Source: Amoebophrya sp. A120
Taxonomy: Eukaryota > Protista > Dinoflagellata
Length of the DNA stretch: 64,000 nucleotides
Assembly: GCA_905178155.1 (NCBI GenBank)
Contig: CAJINV010000025.1
Coordinates: 180,122-244,121, forward strand
Direction: 5' to 3'
The position numbers and the translations under genes were made by a program. The first letter of the stretch is position 1; every line of letters starts with the position of its first letter. Shown piece by piece: positions 61,672 to 64,000 of the stretch. The notes below the pieces were generated by a model, which saw only the letters and a list, made by a program, of their open reading frames with translations, had not been told where the DNA came from and made no database searches.

Positions 61672-62670
61672 GGTCGCCGGCCGGTTGGGCTGGGTCGCCG
61701 GCCGGTTGGGTTGGGTCGCCGGCCGGTTGGGTTGGGTCGCCGGCCGGTTGGGTTGGGTCGCCGGCCGGTTGGGTTGGGTCGCCGGCCGGTTGGGTTGGGT
61801 CGCCGGCCGGTTGGGTTGGGTCGCCGGCCGGTTGGGTTGGGTCGCCGGCCGGTTGGGTTGGGTCGCCGGCCGGTTGGGTTGGGTCGCCGGCCGGTTGGGT
61901 TGGGTCGCCGGCCGGTTGGGTTGGGTCGCCGGCCGGTTGGGTTGGGTCGCCGGCCGGTTGGGTTGGGTCGCCGGCCGGTTGGGTTGGGTCGCCGGCCGGT
62001 TGGGTTGGGTCGCCGGCCGGTTGGGTTGGGTCGCCGGCCGGTTGGGTTGGGTCGCCGGCCGGTTGGGTTGGGTCGCCGGCCGGTTGGGTTGGGTCGCCGG
62101 CCGGTTGGGTTGGGTCGCCGGCCGGTTGGGTTGGGTCGCCGGCCGGTTGGGTTGGGTCGCCGGCCGGTTGGGTTGGGTCGCCGGCCGGTTGGGTTGGGTC
62201 GCCGGCCGGTTGGGTTGGGTCGCCGGCCGGTTGGGTTGGGTCGCCGGCCGGTTGGGTTGGGTCGCCGGCCGGTTGGGTTGGGTCGCCGGCCGGTTGGGTT
62301 GGGTCGCCGGCCGGTTGGGTTGGGTCGCCGGCCGGTTGGGTTGGGTCGCCGGCCGGTTGGGTTGGGTCGCCGGCCGGTTGGGTTGGGTCGCCGGCCGGTT
62401 GGGTTGGGTCGCCGGCCGGTTGGGTTGGGTCGCCGGCCGGTTGGGTTGGGTCGCCGGCCGGTTGGGTTGGGTCGCCGGCCGGTTGGGTTGGGTCGCCGGC
62501 CGGTTGGGTTGGGTCGCCGGCCGGTTGGGTTGGGTCGCCGGCCGGTTGGGTTGGGTCGCCGGCCGGTTGGGTTGGGTCGCCGGCCGGTTGGGTTGGGTCG
62601 CCGGCCGGTTGGGTTGGGTCGCCGGCCGGTTGGGTTGGGTCGCTCGCCGGCCGGTTGGGTTGGGTCGCCG
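61672..62670. repeat. Near-perfect 21-bp minisatellite, about 47 units
   Basis: (gccggccggttgggttgggtc)n. Confidence 0.95.
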
Positions 62671-63904
62671 TCAGGCGGAGGGCCCCGGGGCCATTTTGTA
62701 GGTTAAAAATTGGCTATTTTTTTTCTGTTTTCGAAATAGTGCGACCGCTATGGGCCGTCGTAGCGCAGGGGCCGGCGTCGTGTTCTTCGTCGGTAAGCTT
62801 TTGGCCCTGCCTTTGCCATGGAGCCGATGGCCGGCCGGCATTGGCCTTGCCCGCTTTCTGGCGCCTGGCTAGCCTGGCAGCAGCGTAGCACGCAGGGGGC
62901 GGCTTCCATTTTATTCCGTGCCCCGCACGCCGGGCACGGCGGGGCTTCGGTTTTGAGAAGGTTGCCAAAGGCCCGGGCCCATTCTCCCTCGTTGTGTTTC
63001 AGCCGTGGCCTTTTGGTGTGTTTCTCGTCTTCCCGATTCGTCTCTCTTGGCGTTGCCAATTGGCGTCGTGGGGGCACAAAATGACGGGGCCCCGGTGCGC
63101 GGTTGGAATGGGGGCAGCGCCGGGCGCCGGGTCGGCTCGCTCCGTCGTTGCGTGCGCCGGATCCGGCCTGCAATATTTCGAAAGACCTTGGGGAGGGGCG
63201 CGGGGTATGTCCGAAGGTATGGAAACGTCCTTTGTCACCGTCGGCGAGACCTTCTAAATTCTGGCTAAATTCGGGACCATAGGGATTTCCCTCATGTTTT
63301 CCGCGTTTCGCTTCTAAATCTTGGCCGCGGGGCCATTCCGGCAGGCGCAACCCGGGTCAAACCAGAAAAAATTTAGAAGGAAAAATAGACGCCGGAAATA
63401 GAATGAAAAATAAAATGAAAAATAGAATGAAAAATAGACGCCCAAAATAGAATGCCAAAAATAGAACAAATTTAGAAGGTCATCCGGGACGGTCTTCTAT
63501 TTTTGAAAATTTAGAAGGTTCTCCGGCAAGGCCATTGGCTCTGTGGGATTTGGTTGAAGGCTAAGGGCCTCGCCACTTCCTTTGCTCAACAGGACCCGGG
63601 GCGCCGGGCCTGTGTTGGGTTTGCTGGCCTGGCTTGCAAGTTTGGGCGGGCCGGTCCTGGGTGGTTTTGTGGTTGCCAAATGTTTCGGCGCAAGCTTCGC
63701 GGGCATGTTGTGGTGGGGGCTTTGTTGTTTGCCGGTCGCGCCCGGCTCGTTGGGCCTCGTCGGGGCAAAGGGGCCCCTGCCCCGGTGCCGGCTCCTGTGC
63801 CTCCAGCCGGCGCCGCCGGCTTGCTGGCGGCCGTGCTTTTTCAAAAATCAGAAAAAAAATAGAAGAAAATTAAAAGCACCAACCGCCCCGGGCCCTCCGA
63901 CTGA

Positions 63905-64000
63905 TCGCCGGCCGGTTGGGTTGGGTCGCCGGCCGGTCGGGTTGGGTCGCCGGCCGGTCGGGTTGGGTCGCCGGCCGGTCGGGTTGGGTCGCCGGCCGGT
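63905..64000. repeat. Second array of the same 21-bp minisatellite, runs off the window
   Basis: gccggccggt(t/c)gggttgggtc units. Confidence 0.9.

Noticed and set aside
61489-62706. 405-aa and 338-aa repeat ORFs (GRRPVGL)n
   Set aside because: Stop-free translation of a minisatellite whose unit length is a multiple of 3.
61672-64000. Telomeric repeat
   Set aside because: 21-bp unit unlike the TTTAGGG-type telomere repeat, and arrays are interleaved with other sequence.

Overview
Eukaryotic genomic DNA of a dinoflagellate-lineage organism, most likely the syndinian parasite Amoebophrya. That assignment is an inference from a perfect 22-nt dinoflagellate spliced leader at 30687-30708 and from the intron architecture. 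The ORF track is mostly uninformative because about ten genes, all on the + strand, are broken up by roughly 70 short (about 125-330 bp) MITE-like insertions. These fall into at least 8 terminal-inverted-repeat families (labelled A-H here). Nearly all start TA(T), end (A)TA and are flanked by a 5-bp direct repeat (DR). Removing each element plus one DR copy by hand restores continuous reading frames, so they behave as non-canonical introns (introners). Reconstructed genes include CFAP298/C21orf59, the N-terminus of IFT80, a TPR protein, a membrane-anchored class I SAM methyltransferase and several hypothetical proteins. The most striking object is a 1.5-kb retrocopy inside the last introner of CFAP298: full spliced leader, 5'UTR, intron-free ORF with two TIR-like domains, a retained partial introner, a poly(A)-tailed module, and a 16-bp target-site duplication. 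Other notable items are abutting introners leaving 0-nt and 1-nt exons, a short motif shared by all introner families, larger elements nested in introners, Helentron-like elements, inserts flanked by long duplications, and two related 21-bp G-rich minisatellites. All gene models and coordinates were derived by eye; exon boundaries may be off by a few bases.
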